Shown piece by piece: positions 37,963-51,204 of a DNA stretch of 64,000 bases. The stretch's first letter is position 1, and every line of letters begins with the position of its first letter. The notes beneath the pieces were generated by a model. That model saw only the letters and a program-made list of their open reading frames with translations, did no database searches and was not told where the DNA came from. This stretch comes from Octopus sinensis (Eukaryota), in assembly GCF_006345805.1 (NCBI RefSeq), contig NC_043003.1:87916001-87980000 (forward strand), given 5' to 3'. Position numbers and translations under genes: made by a program.

Positions 37963-40163
37963 TTATGGTGACCATAACTGAGAGCAGTAGTCAAAGTGGC
38001 TTAGGACAAGTGTCCTCCAGAGGACCATCATGGTTTCTTGTTCTCTTGTTCTAAAGGTTCTGAGGATCCATCCGGCCAGTCGTCTACATTTCATTGCCAA
38101 TTTAGCAACATGTACACAAAAGGTCGCGTCATCACTCATGTAAATACCTAGGTCACGCACTGATTGTGCCTCTGGGATTGCTATTCCTCCGGGTCCAGTG
38201 TATTCATTGGGTATTGCATTTAGTTTTGCATGCTGATAGTATAGAGCTGGAAACTTTTCAGCATTGAACTGCATGCTATTCTTTTCGGCCCACTTGTATA
38301 TTTTGTCCAGCTCACATTGCAGGTGTTTAGTGTCCTCAGGGTTCTGTATTGCCTGTGAAACTTTTGTATCATCTGCATAACTTGTGATTGTGGCTCTCTG
38401 CGTGGCTGAGGGCATGTCTGAGAGGGCCATTATGAACAGTAGTGGTCCCAGAACAGTGCCCTGCGGAACACCGCTCACTATTTGCGTGTTAATGGAAGTG
38501 GCCCCTACCACCTGACTTCTATCTTTCGGAAAGTCATGAAGCCATTCTCCCAGTTTTCCAACTATGTTGAGATCACGCAGTTTGTGACATATTATTCCAT
38601 GATCGACTTTATCAAAGGCCTTTGCAAAGTCGAGATATATCACTTCCACATTTAAGTGGTTGAGCAGCCGTTTCAGCACCCAGTCATAGTGTTGTAGGAG
38701 CTGAGTTAAACAGCTTCTCCCTGGTCGGAAACCATGTTGGGTGTCGGGAAGCAAGTCATTCTCTTCAAGGAAGGTGATCAGCTTCCTTCTGACTATTCGT
38801 TCCATGACCTTGCTGATGTGTGAGGTCAGAGAGATAGGTCTATAGTTCTTGGCTTCCGCTCTGCTACCTCCTTTATGAATGGGGCATATTTTACCTTCCT
38901 TCAGTTTTCTTGGAAGTTTGCCAGCTGCAAGGAAGCTCTGAAAGAGGAACTGCAGTGGTCTTGCTAGGACTCTCTTACATGCTTTTAGGAGGATTGCCGG
39001 GAATCCATCGGGGCCAGTAGCTGAGTCTGTTTTCATTTCATCTATAGCCTTGATTACATCCTCTTCCTTTATATCGATGTAATCTATCGTCGCCGCCTCT
39101 GATTTTATATCTGCAGTGGTAAAAAAGTCAGTTGGATTGGTGATTTGGAGATGCCCAAGGGGTGGAGTGAAAACACTCTTGAATTGCTCATTCAATATTT
39201 CACTTACCCTCATTGGTTTTCCTGTAAGTGTGCCATCCTTTTCGAGGAGTGGCCCTATTCTACAGTGCACTGTAGCTGTTTCTTTGGCATACCTGTAGAA
39301 AGCTCTGGGGTTAGATTTTATGTTGTCTATAGCCCAGGCTTCTTTGTCTGCTCTTTCTTTTTCATGGGAGAGTTGCAGACATTTTTCGATTTCCAACAGT
39401 TTTATTTTTAGGCAGGACTTTTCACTGCTTTCAATCTGTTAGTTTAGGCGATTTGAAAATTTTGTACGCCGTCTCATTAAAATTTTCCTCTCTCTGGGGA
39501 TTTTGTTCTTTTGTACAGTGGCCTTTCTCTCTGGGACACATTTGTAGCATATGGCTTGCATTACAGACATGAATTGTTGAAGTTTCACGTCGATGTCTGG
39601 CGAGGAGAGACATTTAGGCCAGTTTTGTTTGAGGATCTCTTTCTCAATTTGTTTCCAGTTTGCCTTATGGTAGTTCAAGCTGGAAAGATTCTGAGGGTTT
39701 CTTGTAGGCTGCATGTCCGTGCTCTCTTTTGGCCCGTACATGGTCAGCTCTATCATGTTGTGATCCGAGAGTAGTGTCGGTGTCCCTTTCACATTATGGA
39801 TGAGATCCATGTCATTTGTGAAGCAGAGATCCAGTGTGTTACCTGCCCTGGTTGGTTGGAGTATTACCTGCTCCATGTACAGGGTGTTGATGAGGTTCAG
39901 GAGGGACCTTGCCTGTCCTCGTTCACATCTTGTCATTCCTGGGAGAGAAAGGCCCTCCGGCCATCTGACATTGGGCAGATTGAAGTCTCCCATAAGAAGT
40001 ACACTTATGTGTTGTTCTAATGTAGTTAGAACTTCTTCTATTTTTATAAGGCAGTCTTCAAACTTGCCCACATGGCTTGGGGCATCTGGAGGGCGATATG
40101 TAGCACACACAACTACATCAAGTTACCTAATATGTACAATTAGTGTGTCACACACCGAGTTTG
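37963..40163 (-). mobile_element. CR1-group LINE ORF2 (APE plus RT), 5' end in the gap, 3'-truncated
   Basis: YRPP, MGDFNLP, LDL, SDH, NYRPISLTSH, QHGFRPGRSC, LDFAKAFDKVDH, GVPQG, YADD; one in-frame TAA at 39441-39439. Confidence 0.92.
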
Positions 40164-40263
40164 NNNNNNNNNNNNNNNNNNNNNNNNNNNNNNNNNNNNN
40201 NNNNNNNNNNNNNNNNNNNNNNNNNNNNNNNNNNNNNNNNNNNNNNNNNNNNNNNNNNNNNNN
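40164..40263. other. assembly gap (100 N)
   Basis: run of N. Confidence 1.
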
Positions 40264-40309
40264 ATATATGTTTGTATATATATGTTATATATATATGTAT
40301 ATATATATA

Positions 40310-40700
40310 CTAGCAGTATCGCCCGGCGTTGCTGGGTTTGTAAGGGAAATAGCTATATAAGCATTTTTAGAGAGTTATAGTCAAAAAATAGCCAAAAAAT
40401 GCATTAAAAATGTAAAAAAAAAATCATGGTAAATTTTTTTTTTTAATCGTTCACTCATCGTAGACATTTTTAGAGAGTTACTTCCCTTATATAATAGCGG
40501 AAAAAATGCATCAAAATGGGGAAAAAAATGATGGCAATTTTTTTTTTAATCGTAGACACGCGCTAATACCCAGAACGGCTCGATATGAAGCACGACTATA
40601 AGGTACCCGGTTTTGGTTAAACTGCACCGCAAAATGTGGGAGCAGTTAGGAATCTAAATCGTAGGAGACAGACATACAACTTGACTTTTATATATAAAGA
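40310..40700 (-). mobile_element. non-autonomous Helitron related to 17153-18174 (same ends, different interior)
   Basis: CTAG at 40310-40313 next to the cccggcgttgctggg hairpin; shared ~170-bp 5' block; TC terminus at 40700. Confidence 0.8.
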
Positions 40701-40736
40701 TATATATATGTATTTATATATATATTTACGTATTTA

Positions 40737-40771
<35 letters not shown>

Positions 40772-40772
<1 letters not shown>

Positions 40773-42006
40773 CCGATTCTATGACAGACTACCCTATTAC
40801 AGACTACCTCGTTGACAAATGACAGTGACTTTCTTCGTGGCAGGTGACTTCAATGGACATGTTGGATGGCATGTCGGGGGCTACGGTTTTGGTTCTTGCA
40901 ATGAGGGGGGAACCAGGCTGCTGGAGTTCTGTGATGCAAATGACCTTATGATTTTCAATACCAACTTCAGGAAACCCACCTCTCACCTAGCGTTCTGACA
41001 GACACACTACCCAGATCGACTACATCCTCGCCAGAAAGAAGGAAAGAGGGCTGCTTATAAATGCCAAAACCTTCCCAGGCGAGGAATGTACTCTTCAACA
41101 TAGATTAGTAGTTAGCGACTTCAGGATCAGGGCCAAATGGCTGCCCAGAAGAAGACCAGCTTGGAGGAGAAGAATCTGGAAACTTAAAGATCCTGTAAAT
41201 GGACGGAGATTTAGAGAAGTTCTACTCGAAGCTTTCGCCGAAATAGAAGGGGATATAGCATCACATAATGTGGAAGCCAACTGGAGGTTTCTACGGGACA
41301 ATCTGCTGAGAGCCACTGACCAGATCTGTGGATGGAGCAAAGTCCCATCTCGACCCAAAATAACGTGGTGGTGGAACAATGTTGTAGACAGGGCTATTAG
41401 AGACAAGAGACAGGCTTGGAAGGACTGGAGGAAAGGTGGTAGTAGGGAATTGTATCAGACTGCGAAAAGAGAAGCTAGGAAACAGGTATATTTAGCTAGA
41501 GGGGAAGCAGATAAGAAAAAATTTGTCAATGTTCTATGCCGTGAGGACCAAAGACTTGAGGTGTTTCGTGTTGCAAGACAGTGTGTGAGAGAGAATCGTG
41601 ATGTGGAAGCATGAAGACAGGGAAAGCCCCATGCCCATCAGGAATTACTGCTGAGATGCTCAAAATATCTGGCAGTGTCGGCTATAGCCTAGTCACCCGT
41701 ATAGTTAACCAGGTGATACACGAAGGAGTCATACCCAATGACTGGTGTAGTAGCATAATAGTCAACTGCTACAAAGGTAAAGGTGACGCCCTAGATACAA
41801 GTAATTACAGAGGTATCAAGCTGTTGGATCAGGTAATGAAGATTACGGAAAGGGTCATAGCCCAACTGATTAGAGAGAGAGTCAACCTAGACGAGATGCA
41901 GTTTGGTTTCGTGCCAGGGAAAAGCACCACTGATGCCATATTTATGGTGAGACAGCTGCAGGAGAAATACCTAGCTAAAGATAAAACTCTGTACCTGGCT
42001 TTCGTT
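40772..42006 (+). mobile_element. RTE LINE internal fragment (APE to early RT)
   Basis: GDFNGH, QIDYIL, QHRLVVSD, NYRGIKLL, QFGFVPGKSTTD; internal deletion near 41610; starts in (TA)n. Confidence 0.9.
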
Positions 42007-42073
42007 GTAGTAACATCCTTTTATTTATACGATTTTTTCATTTCATGTTTATTTCATTCATTGTTTGCAATGT

Positions 42074-42113
<40 letters not shown>

Positions 42114-42483
42114 AGCAAATCTGCTTAATTGAAATCTATATGTTGCTTTGAGGGGAAGGTAAAACAGTTTGCTGCTTCTCCCTCTGTTGTTGGACTACTG
42201 TGATGTTTGTTTAAAAAAGAGAGATTATGACTGATAAAATATTGAAAGCAATATTTACTAAGCAAGTGAGCACTATCATACAAAGAAATAATTATACGTA
42301 AATTATTAAAATTATTAGAATTGGGAATCAGGTGGTTAGTAGAAAACCACCCAGAAGGCGGTCTTTCTGCTAGTGCTCTAATGTCTTTATATGTGAATAT
42401 ATAGTTTGCCTACTAAACCCATTCACCAAGGCTATAGTAGAATCAGTTGCCACACAGATATGGGCTGCATATAGCCATTTTAA

Positions 42484-42706
42484 CCCTTTAGTGTTCAGCT
42501 TACTCTATCAAAGGTAATACTTTTTTTTAATTCAAATTGTTTTGAATAGATTATGTCTTATCTCACATCCTTGAGGGTTCAATGTGATTATTTATTTTTA
42601 GAATGTTAGTGTAAGTTAGGTGTGAGAGGTTAGATATGGCCATTTTCAAGAATCTAAAACATGTAGAATGCTTGAGCTGGATTTGACCAGTTTGAATGTT
42701 AATGGG
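42484..42706. mobile_element. piggyBac-type MITE, 223 bp
   Basis: TTAA 42480-42483 | CCCTTTAGTGTTCA ... TGAATGTTAATGGG | TTAA 42707-42710. Confidence 0.75.
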
Positions 42707-43025
42707 TTAAATTGTTAATGTTGCTAACTTACTTGCATTGTTGTATATTTGTATATACGTATACACTTGCCTGGATGCCATGTGTTGGTTGTGAGCATGC
42801 ATCAGTTTTGGAAGTGAGGTCGTTCATTTAAGTCTTGCCTAGTCATGGGGGGAAATATTTCATTGTTTGCAAAATGGTGTGGTTGACAACAGGAAAGGCA
42901 TCCAGCCATAGAACTGCTGCTTCAACATATAACCCATGCAAAAGTGAATGTAAAACGATGATGATGAGTCTTGTTAAATTTAATGTTAGGCCTTTTTTTT
43001 TCTCTGCTTTTTTTCTTTTTGGCAG

Positions 43026-43137
43026 GTGAAGAGAAAGTATGTTCTCGGATATTGTATATAGAAGGATACTTTAAACATTTCAGTTTATTGCAGCTGTCAG
43101 ATTTCTTTGATGGCAAAATTCTTTTGAAGAAAGACAG
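43026..43137 (+). CDS. RRM protein exon F (RRM-c first half)
   Basis: long polypyrimidine tract ...tttttggcag| and gacag|gtcagt donor; 112 nt, phase 1 to 2; EEKVCSRILYIEGYFKHFSLLQLSDFFDGKILLKKDR. Confidence 0.85.
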
Positions 43138-44128
43138 GTCAGTTTCTCTCTCTCTCTCTCTCTCTCTAAGTAGACACACTTGTTTTGAATTAGTCATTAT
43201 TTAAAGTTGCTGGCAAGAATAGAAATTCAGTATCAGGTAAATGAAGTATAAATTGTGGTATTATTTAATGGAGGTGATGGACTACACTTCAGCTCTTGCT
43301 GGAATGGGACTAGACGACACTTCAGCTATTGTGGAAGTTAGGCTAGAATTCACCATACCAGCAGCAGCTCCAGTACAGAATGTAATATTTTCAGGTATAG
43401 TTTGCTATAAAACTGTTGGAATACTTGAAAGTATATGAAGGGCAGTATCTTGTTAATGGTGTTGGTGGTGATTGTTTAGCTCCAAGTTAGACTTATTTGA
43501 ACAGACCTATGATCAAAAATGTTCTAACTGAATGTGTTATCTTTTTTTTAACTTTGGCCATCAAGGATTTCATAATCCAATGTTTCTTTCCATTTTTTAA
43601 CATAGCCCAATCTGATATTGGATTTGTCTATTTTCAACTGGTCAAGCAAGGACAAAGATAACATTTATTCCTTAACATTTGGGTTTAAAGTTGTTGGCTA
43701 TTTCATTAACCCTCTCCTGATTTTTTTTTATATTTATACCTTGTGTAAAATATTTGGTAAACTATCCAACCCACCTGAGCGCAGAAGTGGACATTAAATT
43801 AGGATGCTTGAACTTGTATTACATTTTGATTATGCGTATCAGTTGCTAAGTAGAGCACTTCGTACCAGACTGGAATTTATTTTTCAACCATGTACACACT
43901 GAGCAACATATTCAATAATGATCTGAGCCTAAATCAATCAAAATATAGTGTTGGTTTAAATAATAATTAATGGTCCAGAAAATTATAACCAGTGTTATTT
44001 CTCTGTTCTGAGTTTAGATCCTGTGAGAGCTGACTTTACCTGTTGTTTCTCGGGGATCTATAATATATTTTAGTTATCTGCTTACCTAGTGCCAATGAAA
44101 GTTATAATTCTGACATTTCTATTTGCAG

Positions 44129-44246
44129 ATATATAGTCGTGAAGTTTAAAGATATCAAGACGTCTAAGAAATATTTTACACAATTAATGAAATTAACTAA
44201 CAATAATGAAATTGTGACAGTAAAATATCTCCCTAAATGCAAATGA
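44129..44246 (+). CDS. RRM protein terminal coding exon G (RRM-c second half, stop)
   Basis: ttctatttgcag| acceptor, phase 2; YIVVKFKDIKTSKKYFTQLMKLTNNNEIVTVKYLPKCK* with TGA at 44244-44246. Confidence 0.85.
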
Positions 44247-45077
44247 AGGGCACAGTAAGAACCCTGTAATATTTGATGCAATAATTGATGACATTGTAAA
44301 AAAAATTTCAATTGAGTAAAAGATTTATTCCAGAACTGTATTTGTCGTTTTCAAAATTTTTATGTTACTGTTGTGTTTCAAGAATTAGAATTTTTTTGTT
44401 CAAGGAATCTCCTGTTGCCAAATTTGGTTTTGCAACTGAATTGTGGCTTATTTTAGATGTTAGAAAAGGAGCAAGGTTTTTAGTGTTAAGCTTTTTGACT
44501 TGATGAAGAAGAAAAAGCAAGAATTTGTTGTATTCAGTTTATTAACTTTTGTACATATAACACCAGAAAGAATATAAAATGTAGTTACAGTTTTTCATGG
44601 GCTGGAGGTGACACACAACAAACAATATCGAACAAATAACTGTTATAAATTTACAGTGGACAAGGTAAAAAAAAAAAAATCAGTATGATTCCATAAAGTA
44701 AATAATTTAGCAAGCTTCAAGACCTATGTCCCTTTCATGAAACAATAATGTTATAGATTACATAGGTGGAGAGTAAAACCTTGCATATATATTGAAAAAG
44801 TTTTTTACATCGGCACAAGTGGATTGGTATTTTATCAATCCTGGAAGGATTTGATTTCTGTACAATGAAAATAGTAAGCTGAAGCATTTAACTGGAAATG
44901 ATACATATTGCATTTAAAATTGTTGATAAATTTTGAATCATTGATAAATTGTTTTTTTTTCTTTTGTATAAACGTAATTTGAAAAATATAAGTTTATTTA
45001 GACATTACATTTTCAAATCAAATTTTTATAAGGAATAGTTTGATATGATGCCAGAAGTGTTGCTATCTTGCTTCACA

Positions 45078-45083
45078 AATAAA
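45078..45083 (+). promoter_or_regulatory. candidate polyadenylation signal of the RRM gene
   Basis: first AATAAA I found downstream of the stop; another at 45339. Confidence 0.3.
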
Positions 45084-46269
45084 TATAAAGTACGCAGTTA
45101 TATATTACAGCTGTAGGTTGGATTTTTTATTTTCTCTAAAACTAATTTGTCTGCATTCCATGAATTCTTTGAACACAAAAGAACTTCAAAAGTTAAGAAT
45201 ATGATTTCAACAGAATCATTGTGATGGCACCTGGAAATAAGCAAAAACAAAACAGTTGGCTATCTCAGGAAAAATACATGAGTAGGATGATTGATAGATT
45301 CACACAACTATGCTTAGCATGAAAATACTGAAAAATGAAATAAAGAAAACTACATCTAGCCAGATGTTCTTATTTCTACCCAACTTTCATTAATATGAAA
45401 CCTCACAAAAATGTGCTGTTTTGTAGAATAAGGTTTGGTCATGGGCTTGGAAAGAATGGAAATTATAAAAATGTTTAATTAAGGAAAACAAAATACTGTT
45501 AAAAAAGACTTTAGGTCACACCGAAAGCTCATCTGTACACTTGGCTCTACATCAAACCTTCTCCTTCCCAATTAATTAACAGTAGAGAAAAGGATTACTG
45601 AATATTGTATGACGACATATTTAACGTTTTGAAACTATTGTGAAACAATTTTTATGAGGTGTCAATGAAATGCTTTGAAGACTGGAAGAAAATCAAGAGC
45701 TCTAAACCAGATATTTTGTTACACTGATTCAGATCTAAAGCTTCATCTTTTTGAGATTTGAAGTTGCTACAATGTGTGAAAACATGTAAGATGGTTGTAC
45801 AGGCAAGAGTGTGGTAAAAAGTTTGCTTCCAAGCCACATGGTTCCAGATGAGTCTCACTGCATGGCACCTTGGGCAAGTGTCTCCTCAGGCCAACCAAAG
45901 CCTTTTGAGTGGATTTGGTAGATGGAAACTGAAAGAAGCCTGTTGTATATGTTTATAGCTCTGCTGGGGACCCATCACACCCTTCCCAAGGAGACATATT
46001 CCAAAAGAGGAGTTGCTTTAGTCTGCCAAACATTGATCATATCCCGAGAGGGTAGGAGGTTGCCCATTTGTGGATCCACAAGGAGACAGCCTAGATCTTA
46101 TTAGATTGGGACATTAAGGATGATGTCAAAAAGTTATAGGTAAAATGCATTCTTGGCATCAAGAGTCGGAGGATAAGTGGAAATGCCGAAGATGAACTTT
46201 GTGAGTAGAGTTGCTCATTGATCACAGATAGATTTAATTAATGATTGTGCATGATTTTAAGATTTGACA

Positions 46270-46620
46270 GTAAACCTAATACTGGGTCCTTCTTTTTCCT
46301 TGATGTTTCCCTTTCCTAAAAAAAAAAATATATCCCATACCTGCCTCTTTGAAAGTCGTGTTTTATTCAGTGCAGCAATACTAACATTGAATCTTGCAAG
46401 TTCTTTTGAGATGAGGGCAGTTGGTCAGTCGGAGTTGTCAGTTTTGCTTAGGCCTTAATATTTCAGCTGGTTCCAAATTTAGTGTTACAACCACATGAAG
46501 GGTAGCCCACTGAGTGCTGCTACCCAACCATGAAGGGAAAGTGACTTACAATGTTTAGCTCTCTTTTTATTGGGCCTTCTCTCTTTTGGGTAGCCTGCCC
46601 AGACAAGAGTTCTCCCATTA
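46270..46620 (-). mobile_element. second RTE lineage (BovB-like) APE N-terminal remnant
   Basis: TALISKELARFNVSIAALNKTRL resembles the RTE/BovB TALVARELARYNIDIAALSETR motif. Confidence 0.55.
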
Positions 46621-48479
46621 TCCTTATCCCAGTGGACTTTTAAAATTATTGTATTTAATAATGTGATTGCCTGATAAGTGGTAGGTCATGTGGGTCCTGT
46701 TACTGGGCTTTTTCCTTTGTAATCAGTATTTATATTTATCTACATTATGAATGTTGACCATCAACCTCACCTTGTTTGGTAAACTAAATAAATATTTTGA
46801 TTCGTGGTCCACTAAATATAACAAAATCACAAATTTGTATTACTAAAATTAGAATTTCTAACATCTCAAATGAAACAAAACTTGCAATTCATTATATTAC
46901 ATCACTTGGACAAAATACCCAACTCTTGCTAGTCCAGTCTACTAGGCTGTAAAAATGCTCAGCTGTACATAGCAAGGAGTACTAAAATTTATGAAACTTT
47001 TTTAGACAGATGAACTCCCTTGTTTAGTATGTCCTAGGTGCACTATATCCAAAAATATCCCCAGACAGTTAAGTGACATAGTAGAAGAGTCAAATTACAA
47101 TCTACTATCTGAAAGAAAGATATGACATAGTTGTCCTAAATATACTGTCTAAAAATGGGGAGTAAAATGAAATATCACGACAGGAACATTTGCTTGATCA
47201 GGGCTCATCTGATCCTTAACAATGCATAAACTTAAGTATTCCATAAATTAAAATAATTGTATATAAAGTCGATACATACCAAGAACATAAGCTGCCACAC
47301 ACTTTTGATTGACCGTAACTCTGAGAAAGGATGGCACCATAGTATCTGGGGTAGTGCCTTCATTAGGTAGCATTAAGACGGCTATACAAATCATACTAAG
47401 ACTTATAAGGAACATACTGGGCCATTTTGTTAAGGTTTGATCTTGAAAAAGAAATTGGAAGAAACCAGTTATTTTAGAATATTAAATTTTTAAGTCAGTG
47501 TTATAAAATATAGATAAGTAAAGAACGGTATGAAAATGATACTTGAATTAAGTGCCGTTGTAGTTGTGTGGTAAGAAACTTGCTTCCCAAATACATGGCT
47601 CCAAATTCAGTCCCACTGTGTCCTCTACTATAGCCTCAGGCTGAGCAAAGGTTTGAGAGTAGATTTGGTAGACGGAAACTGAAAGAAGCCCATCATATAT
47701 ATGCATATATATCTTTGTTTGTCCCCCACCACTGCTTGACATCCAGTGTTGGTTTACTTATGTCCCCATAACAGTTTGGCAGAGAGACTGATAGAATAAT
47801 TACTATGCTTTAGATATAAAAAAGTACTGGGGTCAATTCATTCAACTAGAAATTCTTCAAGGTATTGCCTCAACATGGCTGCAGGCTAATGACTGAAACA
47901 AGTAAAAGATATAAAAGAGTTGTATTAAAAACTGAAATGGATTCTTTCTGAATTGAACCTGCATCACATAATTTGCTTCTTAGGAGGAATTAACCACTGA
48001 TCAGGTCAGGTATGGAAGCATGCGCTGTTGCAGCATATTGCTCCATCTACCATTTGTTGATATTTGTTTGGGTTTTCACAGGGATGCCTGTGAAGAGTAT
48101 CCAGGCAGCTCCTGTCTCTGCAATGCCCATCACCCCAGATCCTCAGAGAAAAGAATATGCTACATAGACTCAAATTCAGAAAATTGGGCAGTGTGACCAA
48201 ATAGTCTGAGCTGTTATACAGGTAACAACACATGCATCCCGGTTTCTGAGTATAATCATATCCAATTAACTGCTACTCAATGACAATTACATAACAATCT
48301 TAACCTAAAAACTACTGAGATCAACACTGGTACTACTTTCCTGTCACATTTACAGTGCTGTGAAGATATAAATAAGTGGAAGTTATGAATATTTTGTTCT
48401 CTTTTTTCATCAAAAATACTGAAACTTCTGAGGGTTTTCTCAGATTTTGGTATCCAAGTGGACAAAAGCTGACCAAATC

Positions 48480-48732
48480 CTTGTGAATAGATTTAGTAGA
48501 TGGAAATAAAGAAGACCATCGTGCATGTGTGTGCTTGTCTAGGCATAATGAAAGTCACCCTCATATAAGCAGTGTCCCTCTTTTCTAGTCTTCCATGAAA
48601 ATGTCCTGTCATGAGGAAGTATCAACTTGTTTGAAAACAAGTGAGGGTTGACAAAAGGAAGGGTATGCAGCCATGAAAAAAACCTGACTCGTGCAAACAC
48701 GGAAAGTGGACTTTAAACTGATGATGATGATG
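48480..48732 (+). mobile_element. SINE with family-A core and RTE-derived 3' tail (another at 42770-42968)
   Basis: core gatttagtagatggaaa..aagaag, then ggaagggtatgcagcc...ggaaagtggactttaaac(tga)n, homologous to the RTE terminus. Confidence 0.6.
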
Positions 48733-49560
48733 GCCTCTGCAATTAACTATCTCCTATATTTTTCTCTAACTCATAAATGAACTAGGCTCTCGGCTATGAA
48801 CAATGTGCAAAAGCAGGTGTTGGAATACCAGCAAAATATCATAATTTCCTTTTTTTAAAACAAAAATATAACAAAGTACAATTATAAAACATACTGACCA
48901 TCAGTGACAAGACGTTGCTTTAATTCTACTTTCCCACCATTTGGTAAAGCCTGGAAATTGTCTTCTAATCTGGAGCCAAGGGAAACTCGAGTTGAATAGA
49001 GAGTGGCTGAGATCTCACGTTTTCCTAAAAGCAGCATGAAGTTAGAAGTGTGTATGCAGGCAATCATATAGGGATAGACAATATGTGGTGCAGAATGAAG
49101 GCTAATATGTTTATCAATATCAATAATTTTTTACAAGAATCATAATTTCTAAGGCCAGGACATATTATCTGACATGGACTTATCAAACCTGGTAGGGTGA
49201 AAGGCAAAGAACTTGAGAATACAAAAGGATGTAAATACTGGAAGGCATCGAGTTCAGTGTTGCATCACCATTAATAATTGTACTAAATTTTGACACATGG
49301 CCAGCAGTTTTAGTAGAGGAAGTTAGTTATACTGACACTGAAAGGATGGATGAAATGCAAAATCAACCTTGGTGGAATTCAAAGTTAAGACAAAGAAGTA
49401 TACTGCTGGCCATATGTCAAAATTTAATGGTGATGCAACACTGAATCAGCTGGACTCAATGCCTTCCAGTATTTACATCCTTTTGTATTCTCAAGTTCTT
49501 TGCCTTTCACCCTACCAGATTTGATAAATCCATGTCAGATAATATGTCCTGGCCTTAGAA

Positions 49561-51150
49561 ATTGATTACAAAAAGGCTTTTGACAGCATACTGCACTCAT
49601 GGATTCTGAAACTTCTGGACACCTTCAAAATTTCTCCAATAATTCCAAACTTTCTGAAACATATGTTGTGGAACATGAATCTCCAATCATCATTCTAATA
49701 GAGAACTAGGTTCAAACAATATTAACATCAACTTTGACATTTTCCAAGGTGACTTGCTTTCTCCTCTAATTTTTTGCATGGCTCTAACAGCCCTTACAAA
49801 TGAACTTAACAGAACAAGGTATGGTTATAAAACTGACAACAAAATAAGCCATGTTTTATATGGGTGACTTAAAACTATAGAGGCAAAACAATGTAACAGC
49901 ATTCAGGTTGGTGTTTGGTCCTGATAGGTGATTAACTGTTATAAAGGAACTTCAGCAAAAATAAACCTATAAATACCTAGCAATAAATGAGGGCTCTGGC
50001 ATTCAGCATGCAAACATGAAAGAGAAAATGAAGAAGGAATGTTATAGGAGAGTACGAGCAATCTGAGCTGAATGCACATAACAAGGCATTCGCCACAAAT
50101 TCCTTAGTAGTCCTAGTTTTTACTTTAGCTTCAATGTACTGAATTGGAATACAAGTAAAATAAAGAAAATTGATAAAAAAATCAGTAAGTTGCTGATGCA
50201 CAACCTAAAAGCAGACATGGATCATCTTTACTTTTCCAGAGTTCAAAGATGTCAAAGCTTGATCCAGTTTGAACTTTCTTATAAAACCACAACGGGACTG
50301 ACCAAATATCTTGAAACAACTGACTTGTCGAAAATCATGAGAGGCATAAGAAGCTTCATTCCATCTTGAAGGAGAGCAAACAATTTACTACTGATTTCAT
50401 GAATGATATTCAGGCTGGAGAGCCTGGAGGAAATGTGGCAACTATTGTTGCAAAAGAAGTAAAATTAATGGAAAAGTGTACATGAACAATTGGCTGTTAG
50501 GTGAGAGCAGCAGAAAATCTGCATGGCAAATATGTGGCTTGTAGCCAACCAGCTGATGTAGACTAGTAGCACACTCATTGGTACCTACAAAGGTTTCATT
50601 TTAGCTGTTCAAGATCAACGCTCATTGACTTGGAACTACCAAGCCATTGTGATGAAAAATGGAGTAGGTCCAAAGTGCCAATCCTGCAATGAAGAAATTG
50701 AAACAGAAGACCACTCATTCTCTGGGTAAAGTTTTAATACCAGTAGAGTATAAATCAAGACATGACAGAGTTGGCTTATAAAATCAAAACTGTTGACAAG
50801 TGGTATAAGCATCACTCTAAGACTGTAACTGTGGGATAAAATGTAGTGATTCTTTGGGATGTTCCTATACATACAGACACAACCATCAAAGTAAATAAAA
50901 CAGATAATGTTGTAAAAGACCAAAATAATAAAGACAAGTATCCCTTGTAGCAAAAAGAATTTGACAAGCTCAGGAAATAGAAATATTTGTTCATCGAAAC
51001 TGAAAAAATGTGGCATCTCAAGGTGGTCACTAATACCAGTGATTGCTGGGGCACTTGGAATGATTGAAAATGGAACTGAAAATTATTTTAAAATGGTTTA
51101 CCATCTCTGCAAGAAGTGCAAAAGCATTATCGCTGTGAGAATGATAACCT
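49561..51150 (+). mobile_element. R4/Dong-like non-LTR remnant (RT plus CCHC/RLE endonuclease)
   Basis: IDYKKAFDS, QGDLLSPL..ISH..DLKL, LHGKY, QDQ..KCQSC..ET..H, RHD, ILWD.PI.TD, IPVIAGALG; many stops. Confidence 0.75.
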
Positions 51151-51204
51151 TCTATGTAAATGTTATTTTATTTTTTACATAACTTTATTTTTGATTTTGT
51201 AACA

